A model generated the notes under the pieces. The model was not told where the DNA came from. It did not search any database and saw nothing but the letters and a program-made list of their open reading frames with translations. The position numbers and the translations under genes are program-made. 37,342 nucleotides of DNA from Promethearchaeota archaeon. Its GTDB lineage: Archaea > Asgardarchaeota > Lokiarchaeia > Sigyniarchaeales > SOKP01. Below are positions 1 to 10,860 of this stretch, one piece after another (within the stretch, counting starts at the first letter, position 1; every line of letters begins with the position of its first letter). The stretch spans positions 1-37,342 of the forward strand of contig SDNY01000025.1 of the NCBI GenBank assembly GCA_004524535.1, read 5' to 3'.

Positions 1-1600
<1,600 letters not shown>

Positions 1601-1730
1601 ATGTTGTTTCTTCATTATAAATTTTTTTATTTTTCTTGAAGGAACAAGTTAAGCTTCTAAATTTTCGGAGTTTAAAAATCTAATTTCTAATCTTAAAAAT
1701 AAGTATTTTAAAATAATTAGAAGATATGAA

Positions 1731-2732
1731 ATGCACTTACAAGAAAAAATTAAAATTCATTTGGATCAGATAAAGCAGATTAAAGGAGTTGAAAATGCAG
1801 TTTTAACTCAAAGAGATGGAAATCCAATTCAATCAAGTGGAGTCTGGTTTTCTAAAGATGAAATTTTCAATGTTTGCTCTGCTGCAAGTGCAATTTTTAA
1901 TGTAGGAATACATCTGCATCCTAAAGATTTGAAATATATTTTGATTGAAGGAAAGAAGGCAAAAATCTTAATCGCGCCATTAAATTCTCCATTACACAGC
2001 TCATTAAATAAGATTTTAGAAAAACAAATGATTCTAAATAGTAATCACGAGTTTTTTGTAGCAATTACAGCTCAGCCTAATGTTAATTTAGGAGGAATTT
2101 TCTTACAAACGAATGAATGTTTAAAAAAAATTAAAACCTCTCTTATTACCTCTGGAGAATCATTTAAACCGCCATTAATTCAATTTGACAATCAAAAAAT
2201 TCAAAACATAATCAATGGATTCGATATTAAGGAAAATGAGGAATTTAACTTAAAAATATCATCGTTTTCATTAAGTTTTTCAGAAAATATTTCGATAGAA
2301 TTAAGAAAAGTGTTAAATGACTTTTCTTTAACAATTCCAGATTTAAAATATGCATTCATAAGTATAGACGGAGGGTTCGTTGCTTCTAAAATATTAAAAA
2401 ATTCTAGAGTAAATAACGATGAGTTAGACAATATTTCCGCAATGAGCTATTCAGTTTTTCAAACAGCAAATAGATGTTCTTGGTTATTAAAAAAAATGCA
2501 TACAGAAAATATTTTAATTGATTGTGATAATTCTTTTCAATTTATAAATGGATTAGGAAAGTCGATATTTAGTTCAGAAATTGGTAAGGCAAGGCAAAAA
2601 TTAGGATTATTAAGATTGCTTCTTCCCCAATTCTCAAAAAAAATTAATAATCTCATAAAAAAAGCATCAGAAATTCAAGAATATAGAACTTTTGATGTTA
2701 AAAAATTATTAGGAGATTTAGTTATTAAATAA
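1731..2732 (+). CDS. Tandem Roadblock/LC7 (MglB-like) domain protein
   Basis: Two Roadblock-like units (IKGVENAVLTQRDGNPI... and IPDLKYAFISIDGGFVAS...KLGLLRLLL). It lies directly upstream of an MglA-like GTPase. Confidence 0.8.
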   Translation: MHLQEKIKIHLDQIKQIKGVENAVLTQRDGNPIQSSGVWFSKDEIFNVCSAASAIFNVGIHLHPKDLKYILIEGKKAKILIAPLNSPLHSSLNKILEKQMILNSNHEFFVAITAQPNVNLGGIFLQTNECLKKIKTSLITSGESFKPPLIQFDNQKIQNIINGFDIKENEEFNLKISSFSLSFSENISIELRKVLNDFSLTIPDLKYAFISIDGGFVASKILKNSRVNNDELDNISAMSYSVFQTANRCSWLLKKMHTENILIDCDNSFQFINGLGKSIFSSEIGKARQKLGLLRLLLPQFSKKINNLIKKASEIQEYRTFDVKKLLGDLVIK

Positions 2733-2757
2733 GATATAATAATGGTTTGAATGAGCA

Positions 2758-3351
2758 ATGATTTTTGATTACGAAGATAAAATAATACAAATTAAAATCG
2801 TATATTATGGTCCTGCTATGTCAGGAAAAACAACTTCTTTGAAATATCTTTTTTCTTACTTAGGGAAAGAAGAAAAATTAGAATCGATAGAGAGCACAGT
2901 TGGACGAACACTATTTTTTGATTTTGGTGTTTTACAAATTAAAGGAGCCGAATGGAGTTTAAAATTCTTACTTTATACAGCAACCGGGCAGGATTTTTAT
3001 GCAGGGACTAGACCTGCTACTTTAAATGGAGTAGATGGAATTATTTTTGTAGCTGATGCTCAAACTGAATATTTAGAACAAAATCTGAGATCTTGGGGCG
3101 AATTAAAGGTTTTATTCGGAATTGATATTTATAATCTTCCAATTATTATATCTTTAAATAAATATGATCTAGAAAACGGGAAAAAGCTAAAAAAAGAAGA
3201 ATTTATCCAGTACATTGATTTTGAAAAATTTAAATATCTTTCATTTAATAAAACGATTGCTCTTAAAGGAAAAGGAGTTTTAGATTCATTTCAACAAATT
3301 ATAGGTTTTATTTTTCCACAATTAACTATAACCTTAAATCCAGAAATCTAA
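2758..3351 (+). CDS. MglA-like small GTPase (Arf/Ras superfamily)
   Basis: KIVYYGPAMSGKTT (G1), RTLFFDF (G2 with the intrinsic Arg), YTATGQ (MglA-type G3), NKYD (G4). Confidence 0.9.
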   Translation: MIFDYEDKIIQIKIVYYGPAMSGKTTSLKYLFSYLGKEEKLESIESTVGRTLFFDFGVLQIKGAEWSLKFLLYTATGQDFYAGTRPATLNGVDGIIFVADAQTEYLEQNLRSWGELKVLFGIDIYNLPIIISLNKYDLENGKKLKKEEFIQYIDFEKFKYLSFNKTIALKGKGVLDSFQQIIGFIFPQLTITLNPEI

Positions 3352-3383
3352 TAAAGAAGATTATTAATCAAAAAAGTTCAAGG

Positions 3384-3560
3384 CTATAGTTTTTCATACA
3401 TATTTTTAGATATCCGCTTAATATAACCTTCTAAATAAAATTGTTTTAATATATTTCTTGCTTTACGAACATCAGAAGCATTAATTTCTAGAATACTCAT
3501 TAATTGAAATATTGAAAATTGTTTTGGCAATTTATCTTTAATATTGCTGTATAGTCCCAT
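3384..3560 (-). CDS. Small winged-helix DNA-binding protein, 58 aa (absent from the ORF track)
   Basis: Manual translation MGLYSNIKDKLPKQFSIFQLMSILEINASDVRKARNILKQFYLEGYIKRISKNMYEKL*. The helix-helix-wing pattern (LEGYIKRISKNMY) is typical of wHTH. Confidence 0.65.
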   Translation of the reverse strand: MGLYSNIKDKLPKQFSIFQLMSILEINASDVRKARNILKQFYLEGYIKRISKNMYEKL

Positions 3561-3802
3561 GGTTATTACACTTTTCTTTTTACTTTAAAAATTATGTTAT
3601 AATAGAAGTTTTTAAAATTTTTAAAATGTGTGAATTATAAATGAAAAAAGGTTTTTATAATTCTCAAAGTAACTATAAGTTTTCATTCCCATTTAAAATA
3701 GGTCATCCTTGTCTAGTTTCAATCATTGAAATTTTCACAACCTTAGGAAATTCCTATTGAAAATAATTTTGGATAAATTAAAAAGAATCGCATGATTTTA
3801 AA

Positions 3803-5416
3803 TTAAATATTTTTATTTTTCATTATACGATTTAAACCCTTCACTAAGGCTAAAACAGAGCTCATTACAATATCTTCATGGGCAGCACTTGAATTCACTA
3901 TATAATTGCTTTCTAAATCTATTAATTCAATTGTAACTTGGCCTAAAGATTCAGTTCCCCCTGTTACAGCATCAATATTGTAATTTAAAAGTTTTATTTT
4001 ACTCATTGGTTCAAAACATTTAACAATTGCTTTAACTGATGCGTCTACAGGCCCCACTCCAATCGATGAGGCAATTCTTTCTATAAATGTTCCATTATTA
4101 CGGATTTTTAAACGAACAGTAGATGTAGGGGTGACTGAGCCTGTTAAAACAGTTAATTCTTCAAGTATAACATATTGTTCTTCTTTTGGGAGCTCTCCCA
4201 TAACATCCTTTACTATCGCTAAAAAATCTTCTTCTGTAACTTCGTGACCTTTATCACCAAAATTTTTAACATGATTCATGATTTCATTAAATTGAGTATC
4301 TTTAGTTACTATTCCCATACCTTCTAATTTTGCTCTTAGCGCGTGACCTCCAGTATGTTTCCCGAGTTTAATAGATTGTCGCAAAATATCTTCAACATCA
4401 TCTGATCGCTGAATTCCTATTAATTCTGGAGTTATTGGTTCATAAGCACGCGCATTTTTAATCATTGCATGTGCATGAATACCCGATTCATGAGAAAAGG
4501 CATTTTTCCCAATTAAAGGTTGCAACCTTCCAATGCGTATCTTTCCGCCACAATAACTTTCAACCAATTTAGCAGTTGTAAAGATCTTTCTTGTATTTAT
4601 ATTCATCGGGATTTGATATAAAGCGTAAAATGACATTGCAGTTTCTTCAAATGAAGCATTTCCAGCACGTTCACCCAAACCCATTATTGTAGTTTGAGCT
4701 TCTGAAGCTCCATTTTCAAAACCTACAATCGTATTTGCCACAGCCAAACCAAAGTCATTATGGCAATGTACCGCAATGCGAACATTTTTGGGTAATGCTT
4801 CATAAATTTTACGAATGATATAACCAAATGCTGTTGGAGTAATAGTTCCAACTGTATCGGGAATATTTACTCGGGTAGCTCCATTTTCAACTGCTATTTG
4901 ATTCGCTCTAATTAAAAAATCTAAATCAGAACGAGTAGCATCTTCGGCTGAAAATAAAATTTTTGAATAATGTTCTTTTGCATATGTAATCATTTTTGAT
5001 ATTTGATTTAGCACATCATCTCGAGTCATTTGAAGTTTTGATTTCATATGCAGATCTGATGTCGCAATAAACACATGTATACTATCCATATCAGCTTCAA
5101 TAACCTTGTCTATATCTACTTTTGTCATCCGAGCTAACCCAATTACTTCCATATCTAAGCCCAATTTGGCGATATCACGGCAAGCTTTAAAATCTCCTTG
5201 AGATACAATGGGAAACCCGGCTTCAATTACATCAATACCTAATTCACTTAAAGCTTGTGCTATAGATAGCTTTTCTTCATGTGTAAAACTAATGCCTGGC
5301 GTTTGTTCTCCATCGCGAAGGGTCGTATCAAAAAAATAAACTTTTTCGGGTAAGTTTAACGATCCTCGAATTTTATCCATCATCGCTGAAACATGTACCT
5401 TATTTTTTTCAATCAT
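3803..5416 (-). CDS. leuA: 2-isopropylmalate synthase / citramalate synthase family (DRE-TIM) with C-terminal regulatory domain
   Basis: FFDTTLRDGEQTPG, HCHNDFGLAVAN, GLGERAGN, HESGIH, and C-terminal GVGPVDA/EDIVMSS. LeuA and CimA cannot be separated by eye. Confidence 0.88.
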   Translation of the reverse strand: MIEKNKVHVSAMMDKIRGSLNLPEKVYFFDTTLRDGEQTPGISFTHEEKLSIAQALSELGIDVIEAGFPIVSQGDFKACRDIAKLGLDMEVIGLARMTKVDIDKVIEADMDSIHVFIATSDLHMKSKLQMTRDDVLNQISKMITYAKEHYSKILFSAEDATRSDLDFLIRANQIAVENGATRVNIPDTVGTITPTAFGYIIRKIYEALPKNVRIAVHCHNDFGLAVANTIVGFENGASEAQTTIMGLGERAGNASFEETAMSFYALYQIPMNINTRKIFTTAKLVESYCGGKIRIGRLQPLIGKNAFSHESGIHAHAMIKNARAYEPITPELIGIQRSDDVEDILRQSIKLGKHTGGHALRAKLEGMGIVTKDTQFNEIMNHVKNFGDKGHEVTEEDFLAIVKDVMGELPKEEQYVILEELTVLTGSVTPTSTVRLKIRNNGTFIERIASSIGVGPVDASVKAIVKCFEPMSKIKLLNYNIDAVTGGTESLGQVTIELIDLESNYIVNSSAAHEDIVMSSVLALVKGLNRIMKNKNI

Positions 5417-5453
5417 TTTTACATAACCTATTTTATTTTATTTAATATTTTAC

Positions 5454-5509
5454 ACCTCTCTTGTTCATAAGAATCCAATAATTTCGATTCTTATTAAACG
5501 ATAGAGGGT
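5454..5509 (-). promoter_or_regulatory. Long hairpin between the Leu-rich leader ORF and leuA (putative attenuator stem)
   Basis: ATAAGAATC (5467-5475) pairs with GATTCTTAT (5486-5494). Outer pairs on the mRNA are GUUU/GAAC and CCUCU/AGAGG. The stem starts right after the leader stop codon. Confidence 0.65.
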
Positions 5510-5620
5510 TTATTGTAACAATAAGAGAAGATCTAATAATTTTAACAATAATCTAAAAGGAGATAATTGCCTCAAAAGGTTCTTAACTTTAAGAGTTTTG
5601 TTGTATTGAAGCATCTTCAT
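5510..5620 (-). CDS. Putative leucine-rich leader peptide, 36 aa with 15 Leu
   Basis: Manual translation MKMLQYNKTLKVKNLLRQLSPFRLLLKLLDLLLLLQ*. Ten of the last 13 sense codons are Leu (TTA, TTG, CTT, CTC). It ends about 94 nt upstream of leuA on the same strand. Confidence 0.7.
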   Translation of the reverse strand: MKMLQYNKTLKVKNLLRQLSPFRLLLKLLDLLLLLQ

Positions 5621-5737
5621 TTTAAAAGTTCCCTAAAGAATTGTTAATTATATTCAAAATATATATTCTAATATTAAAGATTTTCTATTAAGGTTCTATT
5701 TATGAAAAATCGAATAAATAAAAAAGAACAAAATTTT

Positions 5738-6427
5738 CTATAGATCCGGGGTCTCTTTTGAGATTTTTAAAAAATTATCTCCAACTGGTGCCTTTCCATT
5801 TCCATATATTTGGTATAACCCTGTTCTTCTCGCACATTCTGAAAAACTGCGGTATATATCTTTTCGTAAATCGAATAGTGCACAGGTTTTATATATAATT
5901 GGATTCCATATATAATATTTATCGTCAGGTTCAAACCAAAGTTTTTCATCTTTTAGAATTTGCTTAAAATCCTCCTCTCCAATAACTTCTGTAAGATCCT
6001 GTTTATTTAGCATAAGAATAAGGGGAATTTCTTTGATTAATTTATCTGCTGTGACACTTTTTAATTCCTTTAATGCTTCAATGTTATCTTCAAAAAAATG
6101 AGTTTGTGAATCAACCACAAAAATAACACCATCTGTTCCTTTAAATATCTTTTTTCTTAAAGGAGAAAATCTGCTTTGACCAGCAACGGTATAAACATGA
6201 TAAAATACTTTTCTTTGTTTTGTTGATTGAAATATACCCCGATCAAAATATAATGTTGAGCCACTAGCCATTGCAATTTTTGTTAAATTTCCTGTAGGTT
6301 CAATATCTTTTTTTTGTTCTTTTGTTAATCTATAAAGTGTATCAACTACTGTTGTTTTTCCGCCACCCCCCATTCCCCAATAGAGAATTTTTATATACAC
6401 TTTATGATCAGCTGTAAATCGAACCAT
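5738..6427 (-). CDS. MglA-like small GTPase, second paralog
   Basis: KILYWGMGGGGKTT (G1), STLYFD (G2), YTVAGQ (G3), NKQD (G4). Confidence 0.88.
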   Translation of the reverse strand: MVRFTADHKVYIKILYWGMGGGGKTTVVDTLYRLTKEQKKDIEPTGNLTKIAMASGSTLYFDRGIFQSTKQRKVFYHVYTVAGQSRFSPLRKKIFKGTDGVIFVVDSQTHFFEDNIEALKELKSVTADKLIKEIPLILMLNKQDLTEVIGEEDFKQILKDEKLWFEPDDKYYIWNPIIYKTCALFDLRKDIYRSFSECARRTGLYQIYGNGKAPVGDNFLKISKETPDL

Positions 6428-6640
6428 TAAAAAACCTACCCTAGATCTAAAATTGTTTGGGAAATAAAATTGTTTCTTTCAATAATATTCTTAAAAATTA
6501 TGAAATTTTTTGAAAAATCCTTTAATGTTTTTTATATAATATTATAATTAAGTATTTAATAGTCGTTTTTGATATTTTAACTTTTTCTTCAAATAGAATC
6601 TTTAAAATAAATAAGAAGTTTTTTTTTTCAAAAAAGATCA

Positions 6641-6865
6641 TTAAAATTCTACAAAGAATTCTCCAATTCTGATCTTATAATTGCACCAAATAATTAAATT
6701 ATTATAAGATTCGCCATTAAGTCCTTCTCTAAGTATTAAATTAATAATATCAGAATACATGATTCTCCTTTTTCCTTTTATAATTCTATTTAATTTATCT
6801 AAGATTTCTTTTAATATTGTTGAATTTTTTTCTGGAATATTCTTAATTTTTTGATTACACGACAT
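6641..6865 (-). CDS. Small hypothetical protein
   Basis: 74-aa ORF with host-like composition that fills an intergenic gap. No motif recognised. Confidence 0.55.
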   Translation of the reverse strand: MSCNQKIKNIPEKNSTILKEILDKLNRIIKGKRRIMYSDIINLILREGLNGESYNNLIIWCNYKIRIGEFFVEF

Positions 6866-7114
6866 TTTGTTTCGGTTATAAAATACTTTTCTTTTTATAC
6901 TATTTAAATTCGTTTTTGTATATCTAAGGGCATAAATTATGTTTAATTTAAATGTTATAAATTACTCTTTTTTTTTTATTTTTAATTAACTCCCCCTCTT
7001 TCTCTAAAGGTGTTTATTTCATTTCATAGAATTTATCTTATAATCAAATAGACAATTGTTCTTAAAAATCAAAATAAAATACTCTTGAAATTATATATTT
7101 AAATTTAAAATATT

Positions 7115-8143
7115 TTGGTGTTTTTCATAGAACAAAAAAAAACTTATTTTCAAAATTATGAATTATGCCCTGAATGTGGAGGAAATTTAATTCTATCTAG
7201 TTATGAAAGAATCTGTAAAGATTGTGGGTTGGTAATTGATGAAATTTTTGGAGATACTTCGTATATTTTTAATGATAAAAGTCTGAAATCAAATTTAAAT
7301 AAACAATATGTGGCCCTAGGAAAACGAACCGATTTCATAGGAGGATTAGGTACATTTATAGATTATGAAAATTCAAAATATTTAAAAGATAAATCTGGAA
7401 AGCTTTTGCCTCCAAATGAACAAAAATTATTTAGGAGACTAAAAAAGAATTATGCGCAATTCATAAGAATTAAAAATCACGAAACTGAATATCGAATATT
7501 CAATATTTTAAATAAAATATCTATTTATTTAAATCTAAATAAAAATATTCGTAATACAGCTGCTTATTATTACAAAAAAATTTTAAAATATGAGGAGAAG
7601 GTAATTAACAATATATCATTAATCGGATTTTGTATTTTTTATGCTGCAAGAAAAGAATGTCATAATGCACCATTTACAATTAACGAAATTTCTGATGCCT
7701 TTCAAAGTTTTGGTCATAGGGTTAACCCTAGGCTTATTTTAAGGGATGGGATTAGATATAAAAGACATTTATCAATAGAATCTGCGCCTCACAGAAGTGA
7801 AGATTATCTCATAAGATTAATAGATAATGTTGTTAAACACGACGATTTAGAAACAAGATTAATAAAAAAGGAAAGCTTTTGGTCAAAAAAAGAATTCCAA
7901 ATTAAAATTACAATAAAATGTCGTGAGATATTAAAATATTTGACTTTAAAACATCGAGGAGGAAGAAATCCATTTATTTTAACAGGAGCAATTATTTATC
8001 TAGCAGATAAATTATTAGCTAAACAATATAACCAAAAAGCTATTTTAACTCAAAAAATGATATCAGAAGCAACTAAAATTGCTGAATATTCAATAAGAGA
8101 TCATTATGTTAACTTATTAAAACCATTATTCATGAAAAATTAA
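7115..8143 (+). CDS. tfb: Transcription factor IIB (TFB) family paralog
   Basis: N-terminal Zn ribbon CPECGG...CKDCG and cyclin repeats (GRNPFILTGAIIY, LTQKMISEATKIAEYSIRDHY). Confidence 0.85.
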   Translation: MVFFIEQKKTYFQNYELCPECGGNLILSSYERICKDCGLVIDEIFGDTSYIFNDKSLKSNLNKQYVALGKRTDFIGGLGTFIDYENSKYLKDKSGKLLPPNEQKLFRRLKKNYAQFIRIKNHETEYRIFNILNKISIYLNLNKNIRNTAAYYYKKILKYEEKVINNISLIGFCIFYAARKECHNAPFTINEISDAFQSFGHRVNPRLILRDGIRYKRHLSIESAPHRSEDYLIRLIDNVVKHDDLETRLIKKESFWSKKEFQIKITIKCREILKYLTLKHRGGRNPFILTGAIIYLADKLLAKQYNQKAILTQKMISEATKIAEYSIRDHYVNLLKPLFMKN

Positions 8144-8374
8144 ATCCAAAAAAGATTGAGTTCAAGGTAAAGATTAAAATCAAATAAGCACTTTCCTATA
8201 TGAAGAAAAAATAGAGTTTAAGAATTTTTCTAATAAAAAATGATTTTCTATATATATAAAATCTTAAATAAAAAGTAAAGTAAAAAAAAAAATATAATCA
8301 TTGAAATGTTGATTTTTCAAATATATTAAATAATGGCAGTTATTATAATTAATATTTCAATAATAAAATTCTAT

Positions 8375-8479
8375 GCTTCTGTAGTGTAGTGCGGTCAAAC
8401 TTCTCCTTAAATTAAGAATAAGGATCACGCATGCGAGGCTCTCACCCTCGCGACCCGGGTTCAAATCCCGGCAGAAGCA
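8375..8479 (+). tRNA. tRNA-Glu(CTC) with an ~30-nt intron in the D-arm (about 8399-8428)
   Basis: Acceptor stem GCTTCTG/CAGAAGC, anticodon arm CGAGG-CT-CTC-AC-CCTCG, T-arm CCGGG-TTCAAAT-CCCGG. Removing about 8399-8428 restores the D-arm GTGT-AGTGCGGTCAA-GCAT. No encoded CCA. Confidence 0.93.
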
Positions 8480-8880
8480 TTATCATCTATTTTATTCAAT
8501 AAATCATATATTTTTGTTAAAATCTTTACGTAACGTTCAATTAAATCTATTTGTGTCTCAATTTTTAATTTTTGAGAAATGTAATCGATCTTTTCTTCAA
8601 TAATCTTTTTTAAAGATTTAAATTTAATATCAGAATTTATTTTAGTTTTTATAAGTTTTTCGTTGTTAATGATTCTTTTTTCTAATGACATATTGGATAT
8701 TTGTTGATTGTTATCATCTTTTTTAACTAAAACCCTTTTATTACAAATTGGACAAAGAATCTCATTATCTTTATTGCGAAAAAGAGGATTGTTACATATT
8801 GGGCATGCTAAATTTAACATCGTATGGCCAGATCGAAGAAGTTCCGCCATTTTTTTAGCTTCTTCTTTAATAATAATCAC
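8461..8880 (-). CDS. UPF0148 / Sjogren's syndrome-scleroderma autoantigen 1 family Zn-ribbon protein
   Basis: KKMAELLRSGHTMLNLACPICNNPLF...CPIC is the characteristic N-terminal signature. Confidence 0.85.
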   Translation of the reverse strand: MIIIKEEAKKMAELLRSGHTMLNLACPICNNPLFRNKDNEILCPICNKRVLVKKDDNNQQISNMSLEKRIINNEKLIKTKINSDIKFKSLKKIIEEKIDYISQKLKIETQIDLIERYVKILTKIYDLLNKIDDNASAGI

Positions 8881-8933
8881 TATAAATTTATATTATTTAA
8901 TTAAATTAAAGAATATTGGAAATAAAATCAATT

Positions 8934-9137
8934 TTAAGTTGATAATTCTCTATTTTTAATTTTAAGCAAATTTACTATATATCCTGAAATTCTGTTTCTT
9001 AAATGTTTTGAATCAATTTCAAGATATACATCCAATAATTTCTTATTTTTTTCAAAATCGGTAGTAAATACATTTGGATACTTACTTATCAATTCTTTTG
9101 ATACATTTTTGATTAAAACTGTTCTTACCTTTCCCAT
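8934..9137 (-). CDS. rps17e: 30S ribosomal protein S17e
   Basis: MGKVRTVLIK...FTTDFEKNK...SKHLRNRISGYI. Confidence 0.97.
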   Translation of the reverse strand: MGKVRTVLIKNVSKELISKYPNVFTTDFEKNKKLLDVYLEIDSKHLRNRISGYIVNLLKIKNRELST

Positions 9138-9364
9138 TTTTTTTTTCCAAATTAAAAGATTTTATAAGTAACTATTTTGATATAAATATTCAATAAAATA
9201 AATTTTTTTTGTAAATATTTGAGCTTTTATATTTTTAATCTTTTTTTAGTTAATCCTTTCATAATGAAAGAATAAAAAACATTATCATGAAAAATTATTA
9301 CTCCGTATTTTCTTAAAAGCGATAATTTTCTTGTAATTATATAAATTTCTATTGGTTATTTCTT

Positions 9365-10570
9365 ATGAATACTGATTTGTTTGAAGAACTATTAAAGCAG
9401 CCTTCAAATTTCAAAGATGAAAGTACACTTGATATAAATTTTGTTCCAGACAGATTACCACACAGAAGAAAAGAATTGTCTTTACTATCTCAACTTTTTT
9501 TAACACTATTAACAAATCCAAATGTAATTTCAAGAAAAATTTTGATAACTGGGAAAACTGGTATAGGTAAAACTGTTACTGTTAAGTTGTTTGGAATGAT
9601 ATTAAGTGAAGCATCAAAAAAAAGAAATATTTCTCTAAAATATATCCATGTAAATTGTAGAAAAGAACGTACGAGTTATAAAGTATTAATAAAGATTATA
9701 CAATCAATAAATAATAATTTTCCAAAAAGGGGATTTTCTTCACAGGATCTTTTAGAGAGTATAAATAATTATCTTAATATTCAAAATCAACACCTTTTAA
9801 TCGTGCTTGATGAATTAAATTATCTTATAAAAAAAGATAAGGATGTAATTTATTCGTTAACTCGTTTAAACGATGATTCATTTAATGTCCCCCAGAGATT
9901 ATCAATCATTGGAATTGTAAGAGATATTTCTTGTATAAACAATTTAGATGCAAGCACATTAAGTACACTTCAAAGAAATATTATAAATTTTGATGTATAT
10001 ACTAATCAACAAATCTTCGATATTTTAAAATTTAGAGCAGAGCTTAGTTTAAAAAAAAATGTGATATCGGATGAATTAATTAAAATGATATCAAATATAG
10101 TTTTCGTGGAAGGCGATATAAGATATGGTTTAAATTTATTATGGAAGGCTTGCAAAATTGCTGAGAGTAAGGACTTAAAATTGATTACTTCCGAATGTGT
10201 TAGGCTAGCGAATCATGATTTGGTTCCATTTTCAACTTTAGATGTCTTAAAGGACATGCCGGTGCAAAAACTTATATTTTTACTTTCAATTGTAATCCTT
10301 TTAAAAAAAAAAAAAGAACCACAAATATCATTCATGGAGATTTTAAAATCATATCTTGTGTTATGCGAAAATACTGGTATGAATCCTCGCTCTTATTCCC
10401 AACTATGGAACTATCTACAAGAACATAAAAGAGAAAACTTAATAACAATAAATTTAAAGAGTAAAGAGATTAGAGGAAGGAGAGCTTTAGTTGAAATTCA
10501 GGATATACCTTTACCAAAATATGAAGAAATAATCATAGATATTTTGAATTCAAAAGGTATAAATATATGA
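9365..10570 (+). CDS. cdc6: Orc1/Cdc6 replication initiator (AAA+ plus wHTH)
   Basis: FVPDRLPHR, Walker A GKTGIGKT, HVNC, Walker B IVLDE, GDIRYGL. Confidence 0.93.
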   Translation: MNTDLFEELLKQPSNFKDESTLDINFVPDRLPHRRKELSLLSQLFLTLLTNPNVISRKILITGKTGIGKTVTVKLFGMILSEASKKRNISLKYIHVNCRKERTSYKVLIKIIQSINNNFPKRGFSSQDLLESINNYLNIQNQHLLIVLDELNYLIKKDKDVIYSLTRLNDDSFNVPQRLSIIGIVRDISCINNLDASTLSTLQRNIINFDVYTNQQIFDILKFRAELSLKKNVISDELIKMISNIVFVEGDIRYGLNLLWKACKIAESKDLKLITSECVRLANHDLVPFSTLDVLKDMPVQKLIFLLSIVILLKKKKEPQISFMEILKSYLVLCENTGMNPRSYSQLWNYLQEHKRENLITINLKSKEIRGRRALVEIQDIPLPKYEEIIIDILNSKGINI

Positions 10571-10860
10571 TTATTAATGAGAAAAGTAAAAAGTACCTTA
10601 TTGAGGAATTATTAGGTTCCAAGGCAAGATTGAAAATATTAAAAACTCTGGCGCTAAATGAAGAATTAAATATCTCATTAATTATTTCTAAAACGAAATT
10701 AAACCATGCTAATGTTTTAAAACATTTAAATTTTTTAAAATCATTTAATTTAATTCAAGAAAAGAAATTTGGCCGGATTAGAATTTATCGATATAAAAAT
10801 GAAAATATTAAAGCAAGGAGTTTAAAGAATTTCATTGAAATTTGGGAAAGCGATGTTTAA
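10567..10860 (+). CDS. ArsR-like winged-helix transcriptional regulator
   Basis: LLGSKARLKILKTL...HANVLKHLNFLKSFNLIQEKKFGRIRIY. Coupled to cdc6 by an ATGA overlap. Confidence 0.85.
   Translation: MIINEKSKKYLIEELLGSKARLKILKTLALNEELNISLIISKTKLNHANVLKHLNFLKSFNLIQEKKFGRIRIYRYKNENIKARSLKNFIEIWESDV

Noticed and set aside
8440-8479. tRNA-Glu 3' end as the attachment site of the element
   Set aside because: No duplicate of the tRNA 3' end was found near 12.1 kb or 20.3 kb, and host genes lie between the tRNA and the element.
9138-9364. oriC directly upstream of cdc6
   Set aside because: The region is AT-rich, but no ORB-like repeats (TTCCAxTGGAA with a G-string) were seen.
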